NCBI GenBank assembly: GCA_022360655.1
Contig: JAKSCK010000116.1
Span: 20,162 to 84,161, forward strand
From: Spirochaetales bacterium
GTDB taxonomy: Bacteria; Spirochaetota; Spirochaetia; DSM-2461
Reading direction: 5' to 3'
DNA length: 64,000 bases
Part shown: positions 27,531 through 37,531 of the stretch, in pieces
Layout: each line of letters starts with the position of its first letter
Numbering within the stretch: position 1 is the first letter of the stretch
Program-made: the position numbers and the translations under genes
Notes under the pieces: generated by a model
Told to the model about the DNA's origin: nothing
The model's database searches: none
The model's input: the letters and a program-made list of their open reading frames with translations, nothing else

Positions 27531-28891
27531 TAACGGATGTACCCCACCCACTGACGCTGAGCATCCAACATTGTATCCACCATATCTCCCATTCCTTCAA
27601 ATCGGTGCACCACGGGACAAGCCAAAACGGCTTGAAGAACAAGATCACGACTCCCGGATAAGACCGCATCAGCCAGGATGTCATAAACTCCTGCATAGTT
27701 CCGAATAAGAGCACCAAACCCCTTGGGATACTGATCAAATCGCACGGCTTCTAAGCCCTTTCCCCGAACAATCGCAGGCACTTCCACAGCCACATCATTG
27801 GGAAAATCAGGGATGGCTCCCTTATTCAAAATATTCACAGCGGATTCTTCATAGCCGGAATCAGACACGATACCATCCATGATGGGAACCACTCGCTCAT
27901 GCATCTCTTCTGAAATTTCTGACCAGTTTCGATTTCCCAAGGCATGCCGATAGAAATCATAAAAATCAAGAATACCTTTGTGATCGGAAGCATCCTGGGC
28001 CCAAGCAATGTACTCACCAAGGTGACTATCCGTGGTAATGGGAAGGAGATTATAGGTTTCCATAATTCTTCGGAAGAGCGTTCGGTCTGACCACGGACGG
28101 AAGCTTTCCTCAATATCCATTTTCCACCGCTCTGTGGCCCCTTCCGTCTCTGGGATTTCCCCTGTTCGACGTGTGTAATCCCAAACTTCACTAAAACCAG
28201 GTTCCCGTTCAAAAAAGCTTGGAGCCTTTGCAAGAACGTCCGGATATGCGTCTTTACCACTGTCTTTATATGATGCTTCTAAAAGAACACTGAAGTGATT
28301 CAGACCAGCCGCACGGTACTGAATATTGGATAATTCTGTTCCTAGAATGGGAGGAAGATAACGTTCAAGTGAGGCGATTTCATGACAAAGTCCAACAAAC
28401 TTCAACTGTGGATGTTTACGGAGAACAGTTGTGGTGATGGCTGTCATTGGATTGGAATAATTAAAGACTGTTGCCTCAGGGCAAATCTCCATCACATCAT
28501 CACAAATGGCCATGATGGGAGGAATGATGCGCAGAGCATGGAAGATTCCTCCAGGACCACCATTCTCACCATAGACTTGTGGAACACCAAACTGCAGGGG
28601 GATTTTCCAATCCACATCCCATAAAGCAAAACGATCCCCCACCTCAATCGAAATGATGACAAAATCGGCACCTTTCAAAGCTTCTTTACGATTCGTTGTG
28701 GCCGTGACTGTAAAATCCAGCCCCCGATCCGCAATATGCTTTTCTGCCGTGCGATGCACCATGGCCAGAGTTTCAGCATTGATATCCATCAGGGCAATTT
28801 CTGCTCCACGAAGCACAGAACTCTGAAAAATATCACCAAGAGTTCCATATCCAAACTGAGCACTTCCTGCACCAAACAGAGCAATCTTCAT
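27530..28891 (-). CDS. Glycoside hydrolase family 4 (NAD/Mn-dependent alpha-glucosidase/alpha-galactosidase type)
   Basis: Start at the ATG 28891 after GGAGG. MKIALFGAGSAQF Rossmann N-terminus, NYSNPM and GLCHE motifs typical of GH4. Confidence 0.88.
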   Translation of the reverse strand: MKIALFGAGSAQFGYGTLGDIFQSSVLRGAEIALMDINAETLAMVHRTAEKHIADRGLDFTVTATTNRKEALKGADFVIISIEVGDRFALWDVDWKIPLQFGVPQVYGENGGPGGIFHALRIIPPIMAICDDVMEICPEATVFNYSNPMTAITTTVLRKHPQLKFVGLCHEIASLERYLPPILGTELSNIQYRAAGLNHFSVLLEASYKDSGKDAYPDVLAKAPSFFEREPGFSEVWDYTRRTGEIPETEGATERWKMDIEESFRPWSDRTLFRRIMETYNLLPITTDSHLGEYIAWAQDASDHKGILDFYDFYRHALGNRNWSEISEEMHERVVPIMDGIVSDSGYEESAVNILNKGAIPDFPNDVAVEVPAIVRGKGLEAVRFDQYPKGFGALIRNYAGVYDILADAVLSGSRDLVLQAVLACPVVHRFEGMGDMVDTMLDAQRQWVGYIR

Positions 28892-28960
28892 AACAATCCT
28901 CCATATTACAAACGTACACATCATCTATTTCATTATTCAATAAATAATTAAGCTTTTTTA

Positions 28961-28974
28961 TGCATACGTGTGCA
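28961..28974. promoter_or_regulatory. LacI-type operator candidate upstream of the GH4-LacI operon
   Basis: tgcatacgtgtgca: 14-bp palindrome with a central CG and one mismatched pair, 70 nt upstream of the GH4 start. Confidence 0.45.
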
Positions 28975-29103
28975 ATAAAAGACTACAAAAAGGAGACCAT
29001 CCTCGTCAATTCACATCCCAGAAGAATCGACAAGATTCCCTCTCGGTCTCATCAACCTATTCAGATTCTTTCCATATTGCGTTCTGATGAATCGCTGGAT
29101 TTG

Positions 29104-30084
29104 CTAATAACCGTCGCGAACAACATGAGATGGTCTTCCGTGAAGAATGATGCCCTGAATATTTTCAAAAACCCCTTCTAATTGACCAATTTTTCCTTCA
29201 GTAGTGTGACTGGCAGCATGAGGTGAAAGAATGACATTGGACAATTCATGAAAGGGATAAGCGGAAGGATGCGCTTCCCCATGAAAGGGACGGGGATATC
29301 GATACCACACATCTAAACCTGCAGAACTCAAAACTCCAGTATGAAGCGCCTCATAAAGATCTGCCTCATGCACGACACTCCCCCGACCCACATTCACTAA
29401 GCACCCTCCCTGCATGAGTCGAAGCTGTTCCATTCCCACAAGCGAACGGGTTTCTGAAGTTTCCGGTAAGGTGATGACACAGAGAGCGGCATGCGCCATG
29501 GCTTCATCTAGACGATGCGTGATACGAGCAAAACCGGCCGGTCTGGGGCGATCCGACTGCCGTCGAAAACCAACAATATTGGATGTGAACACAGTGAGAA
29601 GTTGAGCAAGAGCACAAGCCACAGCTCCTGCTCCGAGAATGCATACTTTTTTATCTCGCAAAGAAGTCCAAAGAGCAAAGGGCTTTACCAAACCTTTTTG
29701 ACGGTGCCATTTTCCTTGACGCAAACCTTCATCAAATTCATGAAGGCGTCCCATAGCAGCTAAGGCTAAGGCCAGGGCTTTTTCTGCCACAAGTGGAGCA
29801 TTCCCATGGCTGCATGCCACTCGAATTCCCTGACGGTTTAACAGGTCCAAGGGAAGTGAATCCACACCGGCAAAAGGCACAAGTATCCAACGCAGTGAAC
29901 TTGCATGATGAAGTAGGCTCTCATCCACTCTGTGGTCAACAAGGATATGAGCCTCTTTTATCATGCTGCGCTTTTCTTCTGAATTTCTGGCCACAAGAAT
30001 TTGATGCGAAGGCCACTGGGCGGCAAAGCTCTTCATGTGCTCTGGAAAGTCCATAGCAAGATGGGTGTGAAAAACAATCGTCAT
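29104..30084 (-). CDS. D-isomer-specific 2-hydroxyacid dehydrogenase family protein
   Basis: 326 aa. NAD fold ILGAGAVACALAQLL. Catalytic-region motifs (VNVGRGSVV, LSPHAA). Confidence 0.85.
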   Translation of the reverse strand: MTIVFHTHLAMDFPEHMKSFAAQWPSHQILVARNSEEKRSMIKEAHILVDHRVDESLLHHASSLRWILVPFAGVDSLPLDLLNRQGIRVACSHGNAPLVAEKALALALAAMGRLHEFDEGLRQGKWHRQKGLVKPFALWTSLRDKKVCILGAGAVACALAQLLTVFTSNIVGFRRQSDRPRPAGFARITHRLDEAMAHAALCVITLPETSETRSLVGMEQLRLMQGGCLVNVGRGSVVHEADLYEALHTGVLSSAGLDVWYRYPRPFHGEAHPSAYPFHELSNVILSPHAASHTTEGKIGQLEGVFENIQGIILHGRPSHVVRDGY

Positions 30085-30369
30085 AATTCCAAGAGTCTAA
30101 AATTCCGTGATCTGGAAAAAAAGCATCCACAAAAATATTTTCAACTCCCATTCAATCCATCTCATGAATTTCTGATTCCACCGTTGGTGCTTGTTGACGG
30201 TGAAAAATTGAAGCCGATACACTAATAAAGAATCCATGAATACTGATCAGGGAGAAATCATCACGAAAGACAGCCAAGAATCCATGGAAAACATGCCCTG
30301 AAAAAGCACCACGAACTCTTTGGTTAACAAAGCAAAAAGGCGGTTTCCGCCTATGAAAAGGAGTAGAAA

Positions 30370-31653
30370 ATGAAAAAGAGTGTTCTGATTGGACTTCTGA
30401 TTGCCATTCTTCCTTTTGCCCTCTTTGCCAATGGGGAATCTGAAAGCATGGAAGAAACGAAGGTTGTCACCATGACCGGTCCTTTTGTGGATAATGATGC
30501 CATCAAATTTGATGCGGCGGTGGCCGCTTTTGAGGAAGAGACGGGCATAGACATCCAGTATGAGGGTTCTAAAGAGTTTGAAGCTTCCATTGCAATTCGT
30601 GTGGAAGGAGGCAATCCTCCTGATGTGGTGGACTTTCCTCAACCTGGACTCCTGGCCAACTTTGTTGCAAAAGGGCATGTTATTGACCTGAGCTCTGTTC
30701 TCGATATGAACAAAGTCAAAAGCAATTACATCCAAAGCTGGCTGGACATGGCCACCATGGAATCCCCCGATGGTCCCATCATGGCTGGTGTTTGGAACCG
30801 CGTGAATGGAAAGTCTTTGGTTTGGTACAACAAAGCAGAATTTGATGCTGCAGGTTATGAAATCCCAGAAACATGGGAAGAGTTAGAAACACTCCAAAAA
30901 GCCATTCTTGCCGATGGAGATTCCCCCTGGGCCATGGGCATTGAATCCGGTGCCGCCACAGGTTGGCCCATGACGGATTGGGTAGAAGAGATGATGCTTC
31001 GTACCACCAGCCTGGAAAATTATGATCAATGGGTTGCCGGTGATTTGAAGTTTGACTCCCCAGAAGTTCGTGAAGCCATTAAGGCTGTGACAGACATCTG
31101 GTTTGCCGATGGTATGGTCTACGGTGGACGCAGTGCCATTGCCACCACAAGTTTTGGAGATGCTCCAAAAGTCATGTTTGAAAACCCACCAAAAGCCTGG
31201 CTTCATAAGCAAGGGAATTTCATCACCACCTTCTTCCCCGAAAATTTGGTGGCAGGAACCGATTATGATTTCTTCTACCTTCCCAGTGTGAAAGCTCAGT
31301 ATGGCAAACCCGTTCTTGTGGCTGGAGATATCTATGCCATGTTCAATGACAGACCAGAAGTCCGCGAAGTGATGCAGTTTTTTGCTTCAGGGGAATCCAT
31401 CAAAGAATGGGTGAAAGCCGGAGGGGCCATTTCTCCCCACAAAGATTCCCAACTGGATTGGTACACCAATGATGTGGATCGAAAGGTGGCAGAAGTCATT
31501 CAAAATGCCACAAGTGTTCGCTTTGATGGTTCCGATTTAATGCCTGGTGAAGTGGGGGCGGGGTCATTCTGGAAGGAAATGACCGCCTATGTTTCTGGCA
31601 CAAAAAGTCTTGATGAAGCCTTAGCTGCCATTGACGCATCCTGGCCACGTTAA
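30370..31653 (+). CDS. CUT1 sugar ABC transporter substrate-binding protein (alpha-glucoside AglE-like)
   Basis: 427 aa. Signal peptide MKKSVLIGLLIAILPFALFA, AAGGAG SD, family-1 solute-binding profile. Confidence 0.85.
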   Translation: MKKSVLIGLLIAILPFALFANGESESMEETKVVTMTGPFVDNDAIKFDAAVAAFEEETGIDIQYEGSKEFEASIAIRVEGGNPPDVVDFPQPGLLANFVAKGHVIDLSSVLDMNKVKSNYIQSWLDMATMESPDGPIMAGVWNRVNGKSLVWYNKAEFDAAGYEIPETWEELETLQKAILADGDSPWAMGIESGAATGWPMTDWVEEMMLRTTSLENYDQWVAGDLKFDSPEVREAIKAVTDIWFADGMVYGGRSAIATTSFGDAPKVMFENPPKAWLHKQGNFITTFFPENLVAGTDYDFFYLPSVKAQYGKPVLVAGDIYAMFNDRPEVREVMQFFASGESIKEWVKAGGAISPHKDSQLDWYTNDVDRKVAEVIQNATSVRFDGSDLMPGEVGAGSFWKEMTAYVSGTKSLDEALAAIDASWPR

Positions 31654-31687
31654 TTCTCTCCACATGTGAAAATTAAAACTTCATGAC

Positions 31688-31709
31688 GACCACCCCATGA
31701 GGGGTGGTC
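31688..31709 (+). terminator. Intercistronic hairpin after the SBP gene (attenuator/mRNA stabiliser)
   Basis: gaccacccc-atga-ggggtggtc, a perfect 9-bp stem between the SBP and the first permease gene. Confidence 0.55.
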
Positions 31710-31734
31710 TATTGGATTCTACGCCGGAGGTTTC

Positions 31735-32817
31735 ATGATTCAAAATCTTAAGCCCCAGTATCGTTATCCCCTTCTCATCGCACTTCTTCTCTTCACAGTA
31801 CTCTATCTTGGGGGCGGATTTCGTCTATCCCAAAACCTCCAAGAGCAAGCAGTCCTTCTCACCTTATTTGCCGTTTTTTGGGGATTAAGTTCTGTGGCTC
31901 TTCTCTACATTGTGCTCAATGCCATTGCCGAATCCCTTCCACGTCCCCTTCGAAGAATGGCTGTGGCTCTTGTCTTTGCAGGTCCAGCGATGGCTCTTCT
32001 CATTTGGGCCCTGGTGCTCCCAACCCTCCGCTCGCTTCGCTTGAGTTTTCTTGATGCCAATGGAAAAGAATTTGTTGGTTTAGAAAATTTTCGCTTTGCC
32101 TTCACTGATCCCATCATGATTGAAGCCTTTGGCAACAATCTACTCTGGATGATCTTTGGAACATTGTTCTGTGTGCTTGGAGGTTTACTCATCGCTGTTC
32201 TGGCCGATCAAAATCGGTATGAGAAACTAATAAAATCCCTGATTTTCATGCCCATGGCCATCTCTTTTGTGGGGGCTGGTGTGATTTGGAAATTCATGTA
32301 CTCCTACCGTGGAGAAGGCATCAACATTGCAGAGATTGGGCTATTAAACGCCTTGGTGGTGGCACTCGGGGGAGAGGCTCAACCGTGGCTACTTTTGCCC
32401 TTGTGGAATAATTTCTTTCTCATAGCCATCATGGTTTGGCTTCAAACCGGCTATGCCATGGTCATCATCTCATCGGCCATCAAAGCCATTCCTGAATCCT
32501 TGAATGAAGCCGCACGAGTGGATGGAGCCAATGGAGTGCGTATTTTTGCCTCCATCACAGTCCCTTCCATCATGCCCACCATTGTGACCGTTTCCACCAC
32601 CATTCTGATTTTCAGTCTCAAACTCTTTGACATTGTTCGTGTCATGACCGGAGGAAATTTTGGCACCAATGTCATTGCCAATGAATTTTATCTCCGTCAA
32701 TTCACCTATGGAAACTCTGGGCAGGCCTCTGCCATCGCTGTGGTTCTCTTGGTTGTGATCATCCCGGTACTGGCCTACAACCTGCATCAATTCCGGGGAA
32801 GGAAGGCTCTCAAATGA
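31735..32817 (+). CDS. Sugar ABC transporter permease (AglF/MalF-like)
   Basis: 360 aa, multi-TM, EAA-loop region (ESLNEAARVDGANGVRIF). GGAGG SD. Confidence 0.88.
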   Translation: MIQNLKPQYRYPLLIALLLFTVLYLGGGFRLSQNLQEQAVLLTLFAVFWGLSSVALLYIVLNAIAESLPRPLRRMAVALVFAGPAMALLIWALVLPTLRSLRLSFLDANGKEFVGLENFRFAFTDPIMIEAFGNNLLWMIFGTLFCVLGGLLIAVLADQNRYEKLIKSLIFMPMAISFVGAGVIWKFMYSYRGEGINIAEIGLLNALVVALGGEAQPWLLLPLWNNFFLIAIMVWLQTGYAMVIISSAIKAIPESLNEAARVDGANGVRIFASITVPSIMPTIVTVSTTILIFSLKLFDIVRVMTGGNFGTNVIANEFYLRQFTYGNSGQASAIAVVLLVVIIPVLAYNLHQFRGRKALK

Positions 32818-33902
32818 ACACCAAAAATCCATTTTGGCGTGGTGTGATTGGTTTAATTCTTCTGATGCTGGTTCTTCTCTGGACCATCCCGACTCTTGGT
32901 GTGTTCATCACCTCATTCCGCGATTCTCAAGACATCTACTCCTCAGGATGGTGGACCATCCTCCCCCATAAAGATTGGGTGAAAGTGGATGAATTCCAAC
33001 TTCCTGATGATACCAATCCCAATGAACCGGTCACCATTGAAGGTCAAACGGCAGATTTTGACCAATGGCGCCAAGGTGTTCTTGTCTCAGAAACTCGACG
33101 TCTGCAGTGGTATGGAAACAAACGCTCCCGGAAAATAGAGGTGTTCCAGGAACAATGGGTGGGATTTGGCGCCAATCTCACCTTTCAGAACTACAAAGAT
33201 GTGCTTTCTACAGGACAAGTGAGCTACCAAGATGCGCAGGGAAACACCATTCGTCGCCAAGGAAACAACTTCACAGCCGCGGTCCTGAATTCTTTGGCCG
33301 TCAGTATTCCTGCTACCGTCATTCCCATACTGATTGCCGCTTTTGCCGCCTATGCCTTTGCTTGGATGGAATTCCCAGGACGCCGTCCCTTGTTCATTAT
33401 GGTGGTGGCCTTATTGGTTGTCCCACTTCAAATTGCCCTCATTCCCATACTCCGGGATTACACCCGTTGGGGGCTCAATGGAACATTTGTGAGCATGTGG
33501 CTGGCCCATACAGGCTTTGGACTGCCTCTTGCTGTGTATCTGCTCTACAACTATGTGAGCACACTCCCCAGAGACATCTTTGAATCAGCCTATCTTGATG
33601 GAGCCACACCCTTTAACACATTTGTTCGGCTTGTACTTCCCTTATCCATCCCGGCATTAGCCAGTTTTGCCATTTTTCAATTCCTCTGGGTTTGGAATGA
33701 CTATTTGGTGGCCCTGGTCTTTCTTGGAGACAAGCATCGAGTCATGACCTCAGCCCTGGCTGCCATGGTAGGAGAGAAAGGCCAGGATTGGCATCTACTC
33801 ACATCCGGAGCCTTTTTGAGCATGATACTTCCCCTCACCGTCTTTTTTGCCCTGCAGCGATTCTTTGTCCGCGGCCTGATGGCGGGGTCTGTCAAAGGGT
33901 AA
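32814..33902 (+). CDS. Sugar ABC transporter permease (AglG/MalG-like, long periplasmic loop)
   Basis: 362 aa. ATGA overlap with the upstream permease. EAA-loop region (FESAYLDGATPFNTF). Confidence 0.88.
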   Translation: MNTKNPFWRGVIGLILLMLVLLWTIPTLGVFITSFRDSQDIYSSGWWTILPHKDWVKVDEFQLPDDTNPNEPVTIEGQTADFDQWRQGVLVSETRRLQWYGNKRSRKIEVFQEQWVGFGANLTFQNYKDVLSTGQVSYQDAQGNTIRRQGNNFTAAVLNSLAVSIPATVIPILIAAFAAYAFAWMEFPGRRPLFIMVVALLVVPLQIALIPILRDYTRWGLNGTFVSMWLAHTGFGLPLAVYLLYNYVSTLPRDIFESAYLDGATPFNTFVRLVLPLSIPALASFAIFQFLWVWNDYLVALVFLGDKHRVMTSALAAMVGEKGQDWHLLTSGAFLSMILPLTVFFALQRFFVRGLMAGSVKG

Positions 33903-33928
33903 AGAGTTTTATCCAGTTCTTAGAACGA

Positions 33929-33955
33929 CCCCCACCCCTCTCAAAGGGGCGGGGG
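33929..33955. terminator. GC-rich hairpin between convergent genes
   Basis: cccccacccc-tctcaaa-ggggcggggg, a 10-bp stem with one mismatch. Confidence 0.5.
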
Positions 33956-33963
33956 AATAGAAT

Positions 33964-34953
33964 CTAATGGACGATTTCCCAAGATCCACTCTTCTCTGAA
34001 CGGAAAACAGCATCAATGGCCGCCATGTTGGCCACGGCATCTTCTAAAGGAGTTGGTGCAGGACCACCCTGACGGACTGCTGAGGCAAAGGCCTCAAACA
34101 TTTGCTGATACTGATCAGCAGGGCCACAGGCAATCTCTCTATATCCCAAGCCATTGTCCACCCGAAGAGTCAAAGGAACATCAGGATAAGCATTGAAGGG
34201 GAGCAACAATTCCAGGCTTCCTCCACTTCCATACACTGTGACTTTTTGACGAGGTGCCATACGAGTCCCCACTGTAAAACTCATATGAGCCTGCCCAAAA
34301 TCCATCAATGCCGAAGTAAGCACATCGGTTCCATCCACGTCATCTCGCTGAAGAAGAGAAACCACACGCTGGGGTTCACCCCCAAGAAGGAATCGTGCAG
34401 AAGAGATGGCATAACACCCAATGTCATACAACCCTCCACCACCGGTTACCAATTGGTTGCGAATGTTCTGAGGATCTGCATTTTTATAGGAAAAAACAGT
34501 TTGAATCGAAAGTACTTGGCCAATTTCCCCAATCTCCATCAGCTCTTTTGCCCGTTGCCATTGGGGATGAAAGCGATACATGAAGGCTTCCATACCCACC
34601 ACCCCCTTTTGGGCCACATACTGCGCCACATCCAAAGCTTCATGGCGGTTCATGGCAAAAGGTTTTTCACAAATCACCGCTTTACCAGCATCCGCACATT
34701 TTTTTGTCCACTCGCCATGGGAATCATTGGGAAGGGGAATGTAAACAGCCTCCACCTCTGGATCATCAAGGACAGCTTCATAGGAACCATATCCCTTTTC
34801 AAAACCCCAGGTAGCAGCTGTGGATGCAGCCCGTTCTGCGGAACGAGATCCTAAGGCAACAAGACGAATGGACTCAGACTTCAGGAGTGGAAGACGAAGT
34901 CGGAGTCCATAATGACGAGAGACGCCAAGAACACCTAAACCAAGTGGTTTCAT
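33964..34953 (-). CDS. Gfo/Idh/MocA family oxidoreductase
   Basis: 329 aa. N-terminal Rossmann LGLGVLGVSRH..., EKP motif (VICEKPFA). Confidence 0.85.
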   Translation of the reverse strand: MKPLGLGVLGVSRHYGLRLRLPLLKSESIRLVALGSRSAERAASTAATWGFEKGYGSYEAVLDDPEVEAVYIPLPNDSHGEWTKKCADAGKAVICEKPFAMNRHEALDVAQYVAQKGVVGMEAFMYRFHPQWQRAKELMEIGEIGQVLSIQTVFSYKNADPQNIRNQLVTGGGGLYDIGCYAISSARFLLGGEPQRVVSLLQRDDVDGTDVLTSALMDFGQAHMSFTVGTRMAPRQKVTVYGSGGSLELLLPFNAYPDVPLTLRVDNGLGYREIACGPADQYQQMFEAFASAVRQGGPAPTPLEDAVANMAAIDAVFRSEKSGSWEIVH

Positions 34954-35060
34954 GAGAGATCCTTTCCAACCTCATCGTTGGCTCATCCATTGTAGGAGAT
35001 GTGGATGGGGTGAACAATCAATGGTCCTCTTCATCCAACTCACCTTGGTGAATTGCACTC

Positions 35061-35090
35061 AAAAGGGTGGCCATGAAAACATGGCCACCC
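35061..35090 (-). terminator. Rho-independent terminator of the GH31 operon
   Basis: gggtggccatg-aaaa-catggccaccc, a perfect 11-bp stem 13 nt after the GH31 stop, followed by TTTT on the minus strand. Confidence 0.8.
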
Positions 35091-35102
35091 TCTAACCCTT
35101 AT

Positions 35103-37508
35103 TCAAATCTCATTTGAATAAGGGTCGTCCAAAAGAATCTCACTTAAAGCTCCAAACAATATGGGTGAGAGCTGGAGGGCCCATAGAGCGGAAAGCAGAG
35201 CTGAGGTTTTCCCCAGTTTTTGACATAGAGAATGGATTGTGTCTTTGAGGTCATAACTGATTTCCCCTCGATGAAGAAGGGAGAACACTTCATCCAACCA
35301 TTGATCCCGCCCACGTTTGGCAACCTCAACATGAAGCACATAACCTTTTTGGGGAGAATAGGAAGGAATTGAAATGTGAAGCGAGGAGGTTGGGGCATCA
35401 TAGGTCCATGGAAGCTCCTGCTCTAGGGAATGTTCATTCATCTCCCTCATTCTTATGGAAGGGGCCTCTGGACATTCTACCCCTCGAAGACAAATTCGCA
35501 TCTCTCGATGAGGGGGAAGAGCGTCCAAGGCTCCTTGAACGGGATGAAGATAAAGGGCATTTTCCGAAGCCAGAAGATTCTCAAGGCGGGTGCTGGCCCG
35601 TCCATGCTCTCCATCTTCCTTCAAAGTAAAATCCCCATTGCCACCAGCAAATACCAGCCATTCAAGATGCTCTGGATGATGAACTGAATTGTCTCCAGAA
35701 TCCAAAACACTCATGGGAATCACAGCACCACATTTTGCCAGAACAAGCTGATTCTCAATGTCTCGATACATCACACGGCGCCCTCCTCCCTGATAATGGC
35801 GCCCTGTAAAGAAATCACACCACAAGCCAGGAGGAAGCCACAATTCAGCTTCTGTCACCTGCAGCTGAGCATCTCGAGGAGTTGTGAGAGCTCGAACCAT
35901 GAGGGAATCGCCAAAATAGTATTGATGGGGACAGCCATAACTCTCCGCCTGATTGGGATGATGGTAGTAAAGAGGAGTGAGGAAGGGACGCCCCTCTTCC
36001 GCAAGTTGGCAATTCAGGGTGTAGAGATATGGTACCAGTTCATGGCGAAGACGAAGATACCGTCCCATGATGTGCTCATATTCTGCGGGATAATTCCATG
36101 GTTCCTTGGCATTGAAATGACTGCGGGAACTATGAAGGCGGCAAATCGGGCTAAAGACTCCAAATTGCAGCCATCGTACACTGAGTTCAGAGTCCCGTGT
36201 GCCCTGCATGTGTCCGCCAATGTCGTGACTCCACCAGTTGTAACCAGCATTGGCAGCCGTCGAAGTAAAATAGGGCTGAAAGGCCAACGAATCCCAAGAG
36301 ATGACCGTGTCACCCGAGAAGCCAACAGGATAACGGTGACTCCCAAAACCAGCATACCGGGAAAGGATAAGAGCCTCTTTCCCTCGCCGTTTCATATCAA
36401 CCGTATGATAATGATTCAGAAGCCAAAGTGGATCCATTCCTTCTTGGGAAGAGGCACTTCCCTGCTGCCAATCAATCCACCAAAAATCCACACCTTCCTC
36501 TTCCAAAGGGTGATGAAGGAAGCGGAAATAGGCCTGCATAAACTGTGGATCTTCCAGGCGAAGAGGAAGTGTTTCATCACTCTTGGGATTCACACCCAAA
36601 AATTGGGCCATCTCTGGATAGGCCTTTTCATAGCTTCGCACTCCACTCGCGGGATGAAGATTCAAAGAAACCTGAAGATGATTTTGGTGCAACTTTTCCA
36701 TGAATTCTCTGGGCTCAGGGATTAAGTCATGGTTCCAAGTGTACCCCGTCCAACCTCCGCCAAAGCGCTCTTCAACATCCACAATGTGCCAGTCCATATC
36801 AATGACACCAACAGAGAAGGGTATGTTGTTTTCACGAAACCGCTTGATGAGAGCCAGATACTCCTCTTGGGTATAGGGCCAGTACCGACTCCACCAATTG
36901 CCAAGGGCATAGCGTGGAAGTCTGGGTGTCGCCCCACTGAGCTGGAAGTAATCCCGCATCAACCCAAAATAATCATGACCATAGCCAAAGAAGTATCCAT
37001 CTATGGCATCCTGTTGATTCCGTGGAACGGGAAGATCACCTTCAAACACAAGGGTGTTGGAATCATCCAGATAAGAGAAACCATCTTGGGAGACGAGCCC
37101 CTCATCTAAGGGAATGGCACCATCGGCTTCATCAAGGGTACGCGTGGTTCCCTTCAGTGTTTTGAGAGGCTGTCCAAAGCGCCAACGGCTCCCATGAACA
37201 TGGCAATCTGCTTTCAGGGCAACTTCCAAAGAGTTTTCCCGAAACTCCCCGCCACTGTAACGAAGAGTGAGATGGGGTGTATCAATCACCAACCCATCCT
37301 CTCTTTGATCAACACGGTAAGAAACAGAGGGGAAGTCCCGCTGCTGAACCAGACGAGTTGGTCGATCCTCGAAAAGACCTTGAGGTGAAAACTCCATCCG
37401 AATCAATTGGGATGTGAGTATTGTGAAACGGAAATTTTCACCAGTGACAGTATTTCCGTCCTTTGTAAGGAGCCCATCATCGGGGGCTTTACTGGATGCA
37501 CTTCGCAC
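35103..37508 (-). CDS. Glycoside hydrolase family 31 (alpha-glucosidase/alpha-xylosidase type)
   Basis: 801 aa. GH31 signatures GVIDMDWH, FWWIDWQQG, WSHDIGGH. GTG start preceded by GGAAGGA. Confidence 0.9.
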   Translation of the reverse strand: MRSASSKAPDDGLLTKDGNTVTGENFRFTILTSQLIRMEFSPQGLFEDRPTRLVQQRDFPSVSYRVDQREDGLVIDTPHLTLRYSGGEFRENSLEVALKADCHVHGSRWRFGQPLKTLKGTTRTLDEADGAIPLDEGLVSQDGFSYLDDSNTLVFEGDLPVPRNQQDAIDGYFFGYGHDYFGLMRDYFQLSGATPRLPRYALGNWWSRYWPYTQEEYLALIKRFRENNIPFSVGVIDMDWHIVDVEERFGGGWTGYTWNHDLIPEPREFMEKLHQNHLQVSLNLHPASGVRSYEKAYPEMAQFLGVNPKSDETLPLRLEDPQFMQAYFRFLHHPLEEEGVDFWWIDWQQGSASSQEGMDPLWLLNHYHTVDMKRRGKEALILSRYAGFGSHRYPVGFSGDTVISWDSLAFQPYFTSTAANAGYNWWSHDIGGHMQGTRDSELSVRWLQFGVFSPICRLHSSRSHFNAKEPWNYPAEYEHIMGRYLRLRHELVPYLYTLNCQLAEEGRPFLTPLYYHHPNQAESYGCPHQYYFGDSLMVRALTTPRDAQLQVTEAELWLPPGLWCDFFTGRHYQGGGRRVMYRDIENQLVLAKCGAVIPMSVLDSGDNSVHHPEHLEWLVFAGGNGDFTLKEDGEHGRASTRLENLLASENALYLHPVQGALDALPPHREMRICLRGVECPEAPSIRMREMNEHSLEQELPWTYDAPTSSLHISIPSYSPQKGYVLHVEVAKRGRDQWLDEVFSLLHRGEISYDLKDTIHSLCQKLGKTSALLSALWALQLSPILFGALSEILLDDPYSNEI

Positions 37509-37531
37509 AATCTATCCTTCCAGATGTTCCC

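Noticed and set aside
30247-30735. 162-aa minus-strand ORF overlapping the start of the AglE-like SBP gene.
   Set aside because: Antisense to a CDS with a signal peptide and a strong SD.
33065-33583. 172-aa plus-strand alternative-frame ORF inside the second permease gene.
   Set aside because: Same strand but out of frame with a permease that has clear TM and EAA-loop features. Cys/Arg/Pro-rich.
34102-34854. 250-aa plus-strand ORF inside the Gfo/Idh/MocA gene.
   Set aside because: Antisense shadow ORF.
35796-36725. 309-aa plus-strand ORF inside the GH31 gene.
   Set aside because: Antisense to a CDS with unambiguous GH31 motifs; no features of its own.
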